A stretch of 38,625 bases of DNA from Planctomycetota bacterium (GCA_050256555.1 JBBWWC010000145.1:1-38625); one strand, 5' to 3'; counted from the stretch's first letter, positions 8,519 to 19,033 are shown. Numbers and translations: made by a program. The notes: generated by a model from the letters alone, not told the origin.

Positions 8519-10072
8519 CTACTCTTCTGCTGGCAAAAGGGCGTTTATCCCATCATCACGGGGCATCACTATATGTTCCCTGTGTCGGTCTACGAGCACC
8601 TTCCCCGGCGGGAGCCCTTTCGGTTTTCGAACATTTTTCGCCTCGGTCCAGTGCACCGCCATGTTCTCAGGCCCGCGCCAACCGGCCAGTCGAGCGGCCA
8701 AAAAAGCCGCATCGTCAATGCTTTCCGGTGAAGCAGATTTCCCTCTTTCGACACACAGGATCACATGCGGACCCGGTCTCCCGGCAACATGAAAAAACAG
8801 ATCATTACCCCGCGCCGTGCGGATACTCAATTCATCATTCTCTTTGGCACTACGTCCGGCCAAAATCTTCAATCCCTCACGACTGCGAAAGGTCCGGAAC
8901 CGGATCGGCAGATCCTTCTTTCCTTTCGAAGTCTTCCCTTCAGCCGAACGTGTTTCTTGTCGAGGCTTACCATGGGATTGAAACAGCTTCTTGGCTTTTC
9001 CTATCCACTGCTGTATTCGCTCATCACTACGGGAACTGACACCTTCCAACATTGCGCGCTCAGCAGACACCTCATCCAGAGCATCGATGACCTTTCGGGC
9101 TGTATCACGTCGATCTGTTAAAATAGCAATCGATCTCTTTCTCTTACGAGCTCTGCGAAAACAACGTTCGACATTCTCTTGTGGCGTCCGGTCCGACTCG
9201 AGTGAGATCTCAACCAACGGGGTCCCCTCCTGATACCAGTCGGGAACCTCAACCGATTCCATTCCGCGGCTCAATCGCGACAGGTTCCCCTTGAGCAGCT
9301 CTCCCTTACGTTGCCACTGCTCCCAGTTCCCTGAAGTTTCCAGATCCGCTTCCAGTTTCTTGAGTCGTCTTGAGAAGGTCTTGCGGATCCGATTCAATTC
9401 CTGAGCATGGGTCCGTAGCTCCGCCGCCACTAATTGAATCTGCTCCTGCTGTGCCAACGTGTCGAAGAGCCAGCGATGCAATGGCGCTTCTCCGGTTCGT
9501 TGCTCGACCGGAATCGCCTGAATCGGGTCAAAAGGTAAGGTAGGAGTGGTAGCCGCCGTCACATCTACCTTGCCAGCGAGAGGTGATTTCACCGGTGAAT
9601 AGGGTTCTCCTTTTCCCAGGCCACCTCGTCCCTGAACCAGCAGTACACGCCGATCAGTCCCCTCGGTGATCAGCAGTCGACCCTGACGGCCAAACAATTC
9701 AACGATCAGTTCGCGAATCACTCGAGGCTTGCCTCCGAAAGACAGCATCAACCTCATCACCCGGTCTTCACCGGGCTGGTCAACCTTGTCGATGCGGGCA
9801 CCAGATATTAGATCGCGAATCTGGCTGACCAGATCACTGGGCTGTGGAGGAGCCGCCGGAGGATTCTCCCACAGCAACATTCGCGAAGTTCCAGGATGGA
9901 GAGAGATGAGGAGATGCCGCCGATGAGAACCGGAACCGATGACAATACGGAGATTCCCATCGGCGGCATCAAAAACCTTACCGACATGTTGGCCACAAAC
10001 GAGTTCTTCCAGCTCGGCGACAAGTCGCTTCACTTCTTCCGTTCTTAAACCACCGGCGGCAGGTAAATTCAC
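8519..10072 (-). CDS. rqcH: Ribosome quality control protein RqcH (NFACT/FbpA family)
   Basis: DRVMRL, ELFGRQG, TPQENVERCFRRARK, GRSAKENDELS, FFHVAGRPGPHV and NVRKPKGLPPGKV. Confidence 0.88.
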   Translation of the reverse strand: MNLPAAGGLRTEEVKRLVAELEELVCGQHVGKVFDAADGNLRIVIGSGSHRRHLLISLHPGTSRMLLWENPPAAPPQPSDLVSQIRDLISGARIDKVDQPGEDRVMRLMLSFGGKPRVIRELIVELFGRQGRLLITEGTDRRVLLVQGRGGLGKGEPYSPVKSPLAGKVDVTAATTPTLPFDPIQAIPVEQRTGEAPLHRWLFDTLAQQEQIQLVAAELRTHAQELNRIRKTFSRRLKKLEADLETSGNWEQWQRKGELLKGNLSRLSRGMESVEVPDWYQEGTPLVEISLESDRTPQENVERCFRRARKRKRSIAILTDRRDTARKVIDALDEVSAERAMLEGVSSRSDERIQQWIGKAKKLFQSHGKPRQETRSAEGKTSKGKKDLPIRFRTFRSREGLKILAGRSAKENDELSIRTARGNDLFFHVAGRPGPHVILCVERGKSASPESIDDAAFLAARLAGWRGPENMAVHWTEAKNVRKPKGLPPGKVLVDRHREHIVMPRDDGINALLPAEE

Positions 10073-10127
10073 GACGCAGTTGCATCCCGATGGAACAAGA
10101 TTTCTCTCGGATCACCGGGAAACTTCT

Positions 10128-10580
10128 TCATTCTGCCGCATTCCAGCAGTCATCAATCAGATCATAGGAATGAAGATCTGAAGCATCGAAGAAGAGTTCC
10201 AGTTCCCGTTGTGCAGCTTCGGGACTGTCAGAACCATGGACCAGGTTGAAACCGTTGGAAATTCCAAAATCTCCACGGATGGTACCCGCTTCTGCATCAC
10301 AGCCGAAGGTCGCTCCCATCAGCTTCCGACAAACGGTGATCGCCTTGTTGCCTTCCAGCGCCAATGCCACCACCGGACCAGAAGTCATGAACTGTACCAA
10401 TCCGGCATAAAAGGGTTTGCCCTGGTGTGACTCATAGTGAGTGGCCGCAAGTTCATCGCTGATTTGCATCAATTTCATGCCAATCAACTTGAGCCCCTTG
10501 CGTTCAAATCTCTCGATAACGGGACCTACCAGGCGTCTCTGAACGGTATCTGGCTTCAGGAGAATGAGCGTACGCTCCAT
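10128..10580 (-). CDS. ndk: Nucleoside diphosphate kinase
   Basis: MERTLILLKPD, FMTSGPVVA, GTIRGDF and NLVHGSDS (catalytic His). Confidence 0.97.
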   Translation of the reverse strand: MERTLILLKPDTVQRRLVGPVIERFERKGLKLIGMKLMQISDELAATHYESHQGKPFYAGLVQFMTSGPVVALALEGNKAITVCRKLMGATFGCDAEAGTIRGDFGISNGFNLVHGSDSPEAAQRELELFFDASDLHSYDLIDDCWNAAE

Positions 10581-10798
10581 CGTGGGTTTCCTTCCCTTGG
10601 GGGTCATCGCCCCCCGGATGTTATGCTTCTTCACGGCAGGATCTCTCTCTTGAGTCAGATCCTGGGGGGTATTCCGGAAATGTTTTCCCGGAAGTCTCTC
10701 CTGGTACGGGAACCATCCCGATACTCCGTGTGAATAGATTCTCGCTCCTGGGTTCTCGATTTCCAGCAGATCGAGTCAGGGGAGAGGGAGGCAATGCG

Positions 10799-12361
10799 AT
10801 GAAATCTGCACAGGAAATACAGCATCCTGCCGCTCTGCGTGAAATTCTCACGCTTACGGGCGCATCTTCGCTCGATGCCCTGACGCAGATCCTGGCTGGA
10901 ATTGATAAAAATGACGCCATCCGGGCGTTCCTCGACCTGGTCGTGGAAACCACTTCGGCGGAGCGAGTCTTCCTGCTCCAGGAAAACGATGGGCAATGGG
11001 ATTGTCCACTGGCACGAAATCTAGACCTCGAAGACCTGCGACAACCTCTCGATAAGATTCTCTTACCGCTGCTAGATCGCACCCGAGAACAAGGAGCCCC
11101 ATGGCTCTGTCTCGATGTACCGGGGCTCTCCGATCGAGCCCGCTGGGATAGAGAACGTCTTCCCAGAACACAATCGGTCTACATCATACCCATCGATTCC
11201 GAAACCTATCTCTACATCGACCATCGCTTTCACCCGCTCTCGGAAACTGCTGCCGAAGATCCGATGCTGGCCATCGCACTGCTGGGGATCCAGTACGCGA
11301 CCTCTCGAATCGCACAGAAAATCGATGCACAGAAAACGCCAGTATCGAGCAAAGAATCAAATGATTCGACCAACGAAAAAAATCGCAGTGGCGTGAAGAA
11401 AGATCCAGTAGAGATCATCGGGGAGCACCCGGATCTGATTGCGATGAAAAATCTCATCCAGCGAGTGGCCCCCAGTACTGCACCGATTCTCATCACAGGA
11501 GAAAGTGGAACCGGCAAGGAACTTGCGGCTCGTTCGATTCACGAAAATAGCCAACGAGCCTCTGGTCCTTTCATCAGTGAAAACTGCGGCGCCATCTCTG
11601 AAAACCTGCTGGAAACAGAGCTGTTCGGTTGTATGAAAGGTGCCTACACCGGCGCAGTTTCCGACCGACCTGGACTTTTCGAACAAGCTCATGGAGGAAC
11701 CATCTTCCTCGATGAAATTGGCGATACTTCTCCCGGTCTTCAAAAGAAACTATTACGAGTCATCCAGGAGGGCGTTGTTCGACGAGTTGGCGGGCAAGAA
11801 TTAATCGAAATCGATGTAAGAATCGTGTCGGCGACCAACCGAGATCTGTTGGCAGAAGTACACAACCAACGTTTCCGTGAAGACCTCTACTACCGCTTGA
11901 ACGTGATCAATGTTCACTTACCACCACTTCGCCAACGTGGCACAGATGTTGAGCTACTGGCAAGACACTTCCTCAAGCAGACCAATGCAGATACAGGAAA
12001 GTCCCTGGAGCTCACTCCTGCGCTACTGGAGGCTCTCAACAATCATCCATGGCCCGGTAATATCCGCGAACTCCAGAATGAAATCCGCCGCGTCCATGCA
12101 CTTGCGGATAACGCCCTCGACCCGGCAGACCTCTCGCTGAAAATCGCCGACAAGGAGAATCGCTCCTCGGTAGCGACCGGGCTCGATCGGGTTAAAGAAG
12201 CAGGATCACTCAAGGATGCCATCGAGCAGCTGGAAGCGGAGTGGATCGGTCAAGCCCTGCGACAATGCGATGGGCACAAGAGCCGTGTCTGCCAGTGGCT
12301 TGGAATCCCGAAAACCACTCTCTACGCAAAAATGCGTCGCTATGGTCTGTCCAGCGACTGA
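10799..12361 (+). CDS. sigma54-dependent enhancer-binding protein (GAF-like N-terminus, AAA+, Fis-type HTH)
   Basis: GESGTGKE, GAYTGA, FLDEIGD, FREDLYYRLNV, WPGNIRELQN and a C-terminal HTH. Start set at ATG 10799 after GGAGG. Confidence 0.93.
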   Translation: MKSAQEIQHPAALREILTLTGASSLDALTQILAGIDKNDAIRAFLDLVVETTSAERVFLLQENDGQWDCPLARNLDLEDLRQPLDKILLPLLDRTREQGAPWLCLDVPGLSDRARWDRERLPRTQSVYIIPIDSETYLYIDHRFHPLSETAAEDPMLAIALLGIQYATSRIAQKIDAQKTPVSSKESNDSTNEKNRSGVKKDPVEIIGEHPDLIAMKNLIQRVAPSTAPILITGESGTGKELAARSIHENSQRASGPFISENCGAISENLLETELFGCMKGAYTGAVSDRPGLFEQAHGGTIFLDEIGDTSPGLQKKLLRVIQEGVVRRVGGQELIEIDVRIVSATNRDLLAEVHNQRFREDLYYRLNVINVHLPPLRQRGTDVELLARHFLKQTNADTGKSLELTPALLEALNNHPWPGNIRELQNEIRRVHALADNALDPADLSLKIADKENRSSVATGLDRVKEAGSLKDAIEQLEAEWIGQALRQCDGHKSRVCQWLGIPKTTLYAKMRRYGLSSD

Positions 12362-12480
12362 TTTTCGGTGATCAAATCGAATCTGTGCCATTCCTGGACA
12401 ATTAGATCCAAGTTCGCACGCCCAACCGACTCATCTAGCTCGTAACCGCTCTCCAGCGACTGTCCAAGACAAATCACTCC

Positions 12481-12496
12481 GGGCCCGAACCTTGCC
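12481..12496 (+). promoter_or_regulatory. Putative sigma54 (-24/-12) promoter upstream of the RpoD-like gene
   Basis: GGGCCCGAACCTTGCC: GG-N10-GC with TTGC, ~60 nt before the start; same GGCCC-N5-TTGC form as 3286-3302. Confidence 0.45.
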
Positions 12497-12557
12497 ACTG
12501 TCATGTGAACCAAGAATCAACAAACCCAACCATCGGAAACGGGTCAGGAGGCGCATC

Positions 12558-14204
12558 GTGAAGCCGTTCCAGGATCGATTGAAAAAACTACTCAAACAGG
12601 TTTCAGATCAGGACTCGGTCGAACTGGATGAAATCGTCAAAATCCTACCCGAGCTGATCAAGAGCAAAAAAAAGCTCGCGAAGGTCCAAGAACTTCTCGC
12701 CAATCTCGATTGTGAAATCACAGGACTCAAGACGAAGAACTCAACACCAGCAGATCTTGACTCTGCTGAGTTCAATCACGAAGAAGCAAAAAAGGCCGAG
12801 AAAGAGATCGAAGAAGATCTCAAAAAATCTGAGGCTGAAAATATTGCCGTGAAGGCTCTCGATGACCCCATCCGGATGTACTTTTCCCAGATGGCTGCGA
12901 TTCCACTGCTCACCAGAGATGAAGAGATTCTCTACGCCAAGGAGATCGAGAAAAGCCAGAAAGAACTGGTGCGTCACATTTACCAGACAGCCCTGGGTCA
13001 GGATGAAGCTCTTCAGCTACTGGAGCAGATCGCAAATCAAACTCGCCTCGTTGAAAAAAGTCTCGACTTGACCCTTTCTCGTAAAGGTGATCGTCATGCC
13101 TTCTTCGAACGTCTTCACAAGGAGCTGCCGAAAATGCGCTCCCTGTTCGAAGCCAGCACTCTTGAATCCCTCGATCTTGAAGACTTATCCCTGTCCGATA
13201 ACAATGAACGTCCAAAAATTGAAAAGCGTTTGCACAACAGAATTCTTCGTCTCGCGAGAATGCTTGAGTCCTACCAGGTAAAGATGAAATACGTCAGTCG
13301 CTGGCAAGAACAGATCGCCGGACTGGGATTGAAACTCGAATCAGTGATCGTCGGCTTACGGATCCGTAACAAGCGTGCGGTCGCCAGCGAGTTCGATGAG
13401 ATCAACGAGGCGATCCTCGAGCCATACCCGGCTTTCATCGAGCGAGGCCGTGAGATTACTCGACAGTTCAAGCGTTACGAGAGTGCCAAGGGCAGTCTCT
13501 CTTCTGGAAACCTGCGACTGGTCGTCAGCGTTGCGAAGAAGTACCGCGGTCGTGGACTGACCTTCCTCGATCTGATCCAGGAAGGAAATACTGGATTGAT
13601 GCGTGCCTGCGAGAAGTACGAATACCGTAAAGGGTACAAGTTCTCGACCTACGCAACCTGGTGGATCCGTCAGGCCATCAGTCGTGCCATCGCTGAGAAA
13701 TCCCGAATGGTCCGACTCCCGGTCTACATGTCCGAAACGATGAGTAAACTGGGGGGCATCAGTCGTGAGTACCTGCAGAAAACTGGTCGTCGCCCTGATC
13801 TACATGAGATCGCCAAGGAACTGGAAGTTCCACAAGAAGAACTGGAAGCAATGATCCGGTTGAGCAGATCGCCGGTTTCCCTCTCCACTCCGGTGGGGCC
13901 AGAGGAAGATTCCACCTTCGGAGATTTCATCGAAGATCACCGCTTCACTGCTCCTGCTGAATCCATTTCTGCAGAGGCACTGAAGGGCCGTATGGTCCAT
14001 GTTCTTGAAACACTCAGTCTACGTGAACGAGAAGTTATCAAGATGCGATTCGGCATCGGCCGAGACGACACGTACACGCTGGAAGAGCTGGGAAAGAAGT
14101 TCAAGGTGACACGTGAGCGTATTCGTCAGATCGAAATCCGTGCGCTGAAGAAACTTCGGCACCCTGTTCGGTCTCGAAATCTGGAAGGATTTCTGGACGA
14201 ATAA
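12558..14204 (+). CDS. RNA polymerase sigma70 factor, RpoD/group 1-2 type
   Basis: Region 1.2 DDPIRMY, region 2 [12 protein letters not shown]...[14 protein letters not shown] and region 4 [20 protein letters not shown]; GTG at 12558 after AGGAGG. Confidence 0.93.
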   Translation: MKPFQDRLKKLLKQVSDQDSVELDEIVKILPELIKSKKKLAKVQELLANLDCEITGLKTKNSTPADLDSAEFNHEEAKKAEKEIEEDLKKSEAENIAVKALDDPIRMYFSQMAAIPLLTRDEEILYAKEIEKSQKELVRHIYQTALGQDEALQLLEQIANQTRLVEKSLDLTLSRKGDRHAFFERLHKELPKMRSLFEASTLESLDLEDLSLSDNNERPKIEKRLHNRILRLARMLESYQVKMKYVSRWQEQIAGLGLKLESVIVGLRIRNKRAVASEFDEINEAILEPYPAFIERGREITRQFKRYESAKGSLSSGNLRLVVSVAKKYRGRGLTFLDLIQEGNTGLMRACEKYEYRKGYKFSTYATWWIRQAISRAIAEKSRMVRLPVYMSETMSKLGGISREYLQKTGRRPDLHEIAKELEVPQEELEAMIRLSRSPVSLSTPVGPEEDSTFGDFIEDHRFTAPAESISAEALKGRMVHVLETLSLREREVIKMRFGIGRDDTYTLEELGKKFKVTRERIRQIEIRALKKLRHPVRSRNLEGFLDE

Positions 14205-14239
14205 ATCGCACTACTTCGTAAGAAAACAAATGAGATTTT

Positions 14240-14298
14240 AGCCGGAGTCTGACACGCGCCCCCCTGCCGAATCGGTGGGAGTCAGAATCCGGCTTTTC
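14240..14298. terminator. Long hairpin/terminator between convergent genes
   Basis: AGCCGGAGTCTGAC (14240-14253) pairs with GTCAGAATCCGGCT (14281-14294) with one mismatch; inner GCCGA/TCGGT stem; followed by TTTCT. Confidence 0.65.
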
Positions 14299-14820
14299 TC
14301 ATCTTTGAGGTATCTCCCCCATCAGCCAACGAGCCCGGATAAAATCAACGCCGGCAACGCTCACTCCTCCTTCAAAGAGACAGGTCTCGGCGTCAACTTC
14401 TCGGATCAAAGTCACCCGCAGATGGAGGATTCCAGGGACCACCATCTCGGTATCGACTTCCAGGTTTTCGATCTCTACAACACGAGGAAGCATCATTCCC
14501 GTGTCACTCTTCCACGCACTGGCAATATCCTTTTCGGGCAATGCCGCCGAAAGCAGGACCACGCAAGACAATTGCTCCAGGGCAGACATCGCCGTTGTGG
14601 ATGGGAAAACAAAATCGACCTGGTTTCCAGCCCGCTGTGAATCTCCGCCCGAAACTGCTTTCTGGGCAACCGCCATTCTTCCCGGCTGTAAACTGATCAC
14701 CTGATCGATCAGGATACGACTCTTCGACAAGGGAAGGAGACGACGGAGATCTTCGGCATCCAGGGTGAGTACCCCGTTGGATAGCATTCGCTGCTTTTGC
14801 CATCGTGCATCTTCGACCAT
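14299..14820 (-). CDS. FabZ/FabA-like hotdog-fold protein (degenerate active site)
   Basis: LRRLLPL...ILIDQV...PGRMAVAQKAVS and VVPG motifs follow FabZ order. Start uncertain (14889/14820). Confidence 0.65.
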   Translation of the reverse strand: MVEDARWQKQRMLSNGVLTLDAEDLRRLLPLSKSRILIDQVISLQPGRMAVAQKAVSGGDSQRAGNQVDFVFPSTTAMSALEQLSCVVLLSAALPEKDIASAWKSDTGMMLPRVVEIENLEVDTEMVVPGILHLRVTLIREVDAETCLFEGGVSVAGVDFIRARWLMGEIPQR

Positions 14821-14989
14821 CACGCTACCAGCCTTTTCACTATCATTACGGAAGGCACCCGTAACCAAAACTCTGCCCGATCCTACCAACTTACAGAGGA
14901 CGGATGGATGGTCCAGCTCTGCTCCGTTAGTCTGACCAGATCAGACAGGAAATCAGCCCCTTTCCGCAGATAGAATCGGAGTCTCCCCA

Positions 14990-15691
14990 GTGGATTCACC
15001 TCAACCTGAGAATAACCTGGCTGCTAGCAGCCTCCATTGCACATTCGGAAAACTGGAGCTTGATCTCGATGTTCCCGAAGGTGTCTGGAATCCGACGCCA
15101 AACGGAATCCTCCTGGGAGAAACTCTCGAGGCGATGGATTTCACGGGAGAAAGCATCCTCGAGTTGGGTACCGGTTGTGGAGTTCACGCAGTAGTCCTGG
15201 GTCTTCGCGGTGCCCGAGAAATGCTCCTCACCGAAATTGACGATGGGATACTCTCTCACGCCAAAAAGAATCTAGATAAATACGGAATCGAAACAAAAAC
15301 ACGGTTCATCGTTGCCGATTGGATCCAGATCGATGTCAGCGGATATGACACCTTGATCGCGAATCCACCCTACTGTGTCTCCGGAAAAAATTATCGTCGA
15401 TACTTCATCGATACTCTCATCCTTGAAGCCCACAAGCTCATCCGACCCGGCGGCCGGATCATCTTCATTCACTCAACGATGGCAGATTCACCCCGTACCA
15501 TCCGGCTCATGGAAGAGAGCGGTATGAAGGTGAAAATTCTTGCCGAAAAAGACTACCCGTTTCGGGATTATTACTTCGAGGACCCACTCTTCATGCTCGA
15601 GATGGCAAAAGTCCCTGGTTCCTATACGGTCAGGGATGGAGTTCATCATGAACGCCTGATGGTCTTTGAGGGAACGCTACCGGAAAATTAG
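14990..15691 (+). CDS. Class I SAM-dependent methyltransferase (HemK-related, NPPY motif)
   Basis: ILELGTGCG motif I, TEID and IANPPY. Confidence 0.85.
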   Translation: MDSPQPENNLAASSLHCTFGKLELDLDVPEGVWNPTPNGILLGETLEAMDFTGESILELGTGCGVHAVVLGLRGAREMLLTEIDDGILSHAKKNLDKYGIETKTRFIVADWIQIDVSGYDTLIANPPYCVSGKNYRRYFIDTLILEAHKLIRPGGRIIFIHSTMADSPRTIRLMEESGMKVKILAEKDYPFRDYYFEDPLFMLEMAKVPGSYTVRDGVHHERLMVFEGTLPEN

Positions 15692-17253
15692 GGAACGACC
15701 GTACCGCCCTCACAAATCAAATTTGCAGCCTCCTCCAGCTCCGGTGAAAGAAAACGATCGCCGGAACGGTGTGGGATCACCTCACGAATGGCTTGGACTC
15801 GGGATTCCAAACGTCGGCCACTGCGAAGCGGGCGACGTAATTCCAGAGCATCTAACCCAATCAACATCTCAATACCCACCACATGGGCTGCCAGCGAAGC
15901 ACAATCTTTCGCTTTCTCCGATGCATGAGTCGACATACTTACATGATCTTCCGATCCGGCGGAGGTCACGATCGAATCGACCGAAGCCGGATGAGCAAAA
16001 ACTTTCATCCGTGAAACTATCGCCGCCGCTGTAACCTGCGCCATCATCCAACCGGATTCCAGACCTTCGCGCCGGGCAAGAAACGCCGGTAAACCCTGAT
16101 TGGTGTCCGGGTTGACCAATTTTTCGAGACGGCGCTCAGAGATCGAAACCAGGTCCGTCAGAACAATGCTCAGTAGATCCGCTGCATGGGCTACCGGAGC
16201 ACCGTGGAAGTTTCCTCCCGAGAGGATCTCCCCTTGATCAGCAAAGACCAGCGGATTATCGGTCGAGGAGTTCGCTTCCTTCTCGACCACCTGTCCGATC
16301 CAGTCGAGGGCATCCCTGACGGCTCCATGTACCTGTGGCGTGCATCGAAGAGAGTATGGATCCTGAACTCGATCGCAATCGGCATGCGATTCGACAATCT
16401 TGCTACCCTTGGTCAAAGCTCGAATGTGTTCTGCTACCACAGCCTGACCTGGATGAGGCCGGATCTCATGGATCCTGGGATCAAAAGGATCTAACGAACC
16501 AAGTAATCCTTCGAGACTAATCGCTGCAGTGACATCTGCAGCATTGGCTACTGACCAGGACAAAAGCAATGCCTGAGAAAGCATCGCAAGAGAAATCTGT
16601 ACTCCATTGATGAGAGATAGTCCCTCTTTCGCCTTGAGATCGATCGGCTTGAGGCCTTTTTTCTTCAGTGCGGACTTTCCAGAAATCCATTTCCCATCCA
16701 CCAGAGCTTGCCCCTCGCCGATCAAAACCTGGGCAAGATGCGACAGCGGTGACAGATCTCCACTGGCACCGACCGAACCTATTTTGGGAATCCGGGGAAG
16801 AACATCCTGCTCCAGCATCGAAATCAATAGATCGATCACCTCGGGACGTATACCACTATTTCCATGCGCCAGTGCATTGGCTCGCAATGCGATGGCCAGT
16901 CGAACTTCTTCTGGCCCCAGTGGTTCACCAACACCTACCGCATGACTTCGAATCAGATTCAACTGCAAACGATGCACATCCGCTGCTGGGATCCGAACGT
17001 TACAGAATCTACCAAAGCCGGTATTGATGCCGTAAGACGGCTCGTCCCCCTGGGCTACCGAGGAGACCAGCTGGTGAGCAGCCTTGACTCTTGAACGAGC
17101 TTCTCGAGGAAAGCGAAAACTCGCAAGACCTCGCGAGATGGCATCCAGATCATCCATGGTGAGTGAAAAACCATCGATCTTGACAACTCGTTTTCGCCCG
17201 ACAGGCCCCTTCTGCTGGGAACCCCGGGGCTTTTTTTTGCTAGATTTGGCCAA
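15688..17253 (-). CDS. hutH: Histidine ammonia-lyase
   Basis: YGINTGFG, LIRSHAVG (SH = HAL specificity), GSVGASGDL (MIO), QDPYSLRC and GGNFHG. TTG at 17253 after GAGGTGG; the ORF-track extension to 17472 overlaps ETF-QO. Confidence 0.93.
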   Translation of the reverse strand: MAKSSKKKPRGSQQKGPVGRKRVVKIDGFSLTMDDLDAISRGLASFRFPREARSRVKAAHQLVSSVAQGDEPSYGINTGFGRFCNVRIPAADVHRLQLNLIRSHAVGVGEPLGPEEVRLAIALRANALAHGNSGIRPEVIDLLISMLEQDVLPRIPKIGSVGASGDLSPLSHLAQVLIGEGQALVDGKWISGKSALKKKGLKPIDLKAKEGLSLINGVQISLAMLSQALLLSWSVANAADVTAAISLEGLLGSLDPFDPRIHEIRPHPGQAVVAEHIRALTKGSKIVESHADCDRVQDPYSLRCTPQVHGAVRDALDWIGQVVEKEANSSTDNPLVFADQGEILSGGNFHGAPVAHAADLLSIVLTDLVSISERRLEKLVNPDTNQGLPAFLARREGLESGWMMAQVTAAAIVSRMKVFAHPASVDSIVTSAGSEDHVSMSTHASEKAKDCASLAAHVVGIEMLIGLDALELRRPLRSGRRLESRVQAIREVIPHRSGDRFLSPELEEAANLICEGGTVVP

Positions 17254-17386
17254 TTCCAACCACCTCTCTGGTAACGGCAGAAAGCTACGATGGACCTCCC
17301 TCTCTCGCAAGGGTGACCCGGCTCCAGTGGAATCTTCTCTGAACCGGTATAGTATGCTCCAGACCCCCACTGGAATGGAGCCCGGC

Positions 17387-19033
17387 ATGACGATTGAGCG
17401 AGAAGAGCTCCCTGTGGACATTCTCTTCGTAGGAGCTGGACCTGCCTGCCTGACCGCAGCACTCCATCTCAAACGTCAGCTGGCCGCAATGGGCAACCAA
17501 GAAGTAGAGATCGCCGTCATCGAAAAGGGGACCTCGGTCGGGGATCACATCCTTTCCGGGGCCGTGGTTGATCCTCGCCCTCTGAATGAACTCCTCGGAG
17601 AAGATTGGCGTGATCAAGGAGTCCCGGTCGAAGCATGGGTCGAATCAGAAGAGGTCCGGCACCTATCCCAGAAAAATGCCACCCGCATCCCCGTACCTCC
17701 AATGCTCAAGAACCATGGATTCCCGGTCATCAGTCTGTCAGAGATGGTCAACTGGTTGAAGGATCAATGCGAAGAAGCCGAGGTGATGGTGTTCGAGGGA
17801 TTCCCGGGCAGCGAGTTCCTGAAAGATGAACAGGGGCAGGTTGCCGGAGTCCGGACCATGGATAAGGGACTCGACGCCAACGGCGAGCCCGGACCCAATT
17901 TTGAACCTGGAGCTGACATTCAAGCGCGATGCACCGTCCTTGGCGAAGGTGTACGTGGATCTTTGACCAAACAATTGATCGAAGAGCAAAATCTGCAGGG
18001 TCGTAATCCACAAATCTATGGCACCGGCGGAAAAGAACTGTGGCAACTACCAGAAGGACGATTCCCCGCCGGCAAGGTCCTTCATACATCGGGTTGGCCC
18101 CTGACATCTACACAGTACGGAGGATCGTGGATCTACGGTCTTTCCGGCAACAGAGCTTCGGTTGGTTTTGTCACCGCCCTCGATGCGAAACAACCCTGGA
18201 CCGATCCATGGGAAAACTTTCAACGCTGGAAAGAACATCCCTTCATCGCAAAGATTCTCGAAGGGGGAGAAATCCTCAAGGCCGGAGCAAAATGCCTACC
18301 GGAGGGCGGGTACTGGTCACGACCACGACCATGGGGTGATGGGTTTCTGATCATCGGAGATTCGGGCTCGAACCTGAATGTGAGTCGTCTCAAGGGTGTC
18401 CACACCGCCATGAAAACCGGGTTGCTCGCCGCAGAAACGCTTCTCGAAGCGATTCGTAAGGACGATTTCAGCAGTCAAACACTCTGCGAATATGAAGCTC
18501 GGTTCGAAAAATCATGGCTCAGAGATGAACTGTACCGGGTTCGAAATTATCGAGCAGAGTTTCAAGGAAGAGGATTCTGGGGCGGAGCCATCCGTGCCGG
18601 CCTCAAGTACGTCCTCGGTGGAATCGGCAAAGAATATGCACCACTCGCGGCTGACCATGACGAGATGTTGCAATTGAGTGCGGCACAAAAAGAACCCGCA
18701 GCTCCCGAATATGATGGCAAGAAACTCATCGACAAGGTAACCCAGGTCTATCATTCCGGTTCCATCCATGCCGAACAGCAACCAAGCCATCTAAAAGTCG
18801 CCGATACAGATCTATGCGCAACTCGCTGCAAGGAAGAGTATGGCAATCCATGCCAGCATTTCTGTCCCGCCAATGTCTACGAGATGGTCGAGGACGGAAA
18901 CGGTGCAGAACGACTCCAGATCAATCACTCCAATTGCGTTCATTGCAAAACATGCGATATTCTTGACCCCTATCAGGTCATCACCTGGACAGTACCTTCC
19001 GATGCCGGAGGACCGAAATATCTGGGTCTATGA
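17387..19033 (+). CDS. Electron transfer flavoprotein-ubiquinone oxidoreductase
   Basis: VGAGPA FAD motif, HILSGAV, GEGVRGSL, and C-terminal 4Fe-4S motifs FCPANVYE / NCVHCKTCDILDP. Confidence 0.93.
   Translation: MTIEREELPVDILFVGAGPACLTAALHLKRQLAAMGNQEVEIAVIEKGTSVGDHILSGAVVDPRPLNELLGEDWRDQGVPVEAWVESEEVRHLSQKNATRIPVPPMLKNHGFPVISLSEMVNWLKDQCEEAEVMVFEGFPGSEFLKDEQGQVAGVRTMDKGLDANGEPGPNFEPGADIQARCTVLGEGVRGSLTKQLIEEQNLQGRNPQIYGTGGKELWQLPEGRFPAGKVLHTSGWPLTSTQYGGSWIYGLSGNRASVGFVTALDAKQPWTDPWENFQRWKEHPFIAKILEGGEILKAGAKCLPEGGYWSRPRPWGDGFLIIGDSGSNLNVSRLKGVHTAMKTGLLAAETLLEAIRKDDFSSQTLCEYEARFEKSWLRDELYRVRNYRAEFQGRGFWGGAIRAGLKYVLGGIGKEYAPLAADHDEMLQLSAAQKEPAAPEYDGKKLIDKVTQVYHSGSIHAEQQPSHLKVADTDLCATRCKEEYGNPCQHFCPANVYEMVEDGNGAERLQINHSNCVHCKTCDILDPYQVITWTVPSDAGGPKYLGL

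Noticed and set aside
11638-11657. GAYTGA instead of GAFTGA in the enhancer-binding protein
   Set aside because: A known natural variant in functional sigma54 activators; not evidence of novelty.
14990-17253. Methyltransferase plus ammonia-lyase as a secondary-metabolite pair
   Set aside because: The genes are convergent, the lyase has the ordinary HAL SH motif, and no biosynthetic genes are nearby.
17084-17472. Apparent head-to-head overlap of the hutH and ETF-QO ORFs
   Set aside because: Artefact of longest-ORF starts. The RBS-supported starts (17253 minus, 17387 plus) leave a normal divergent gap.
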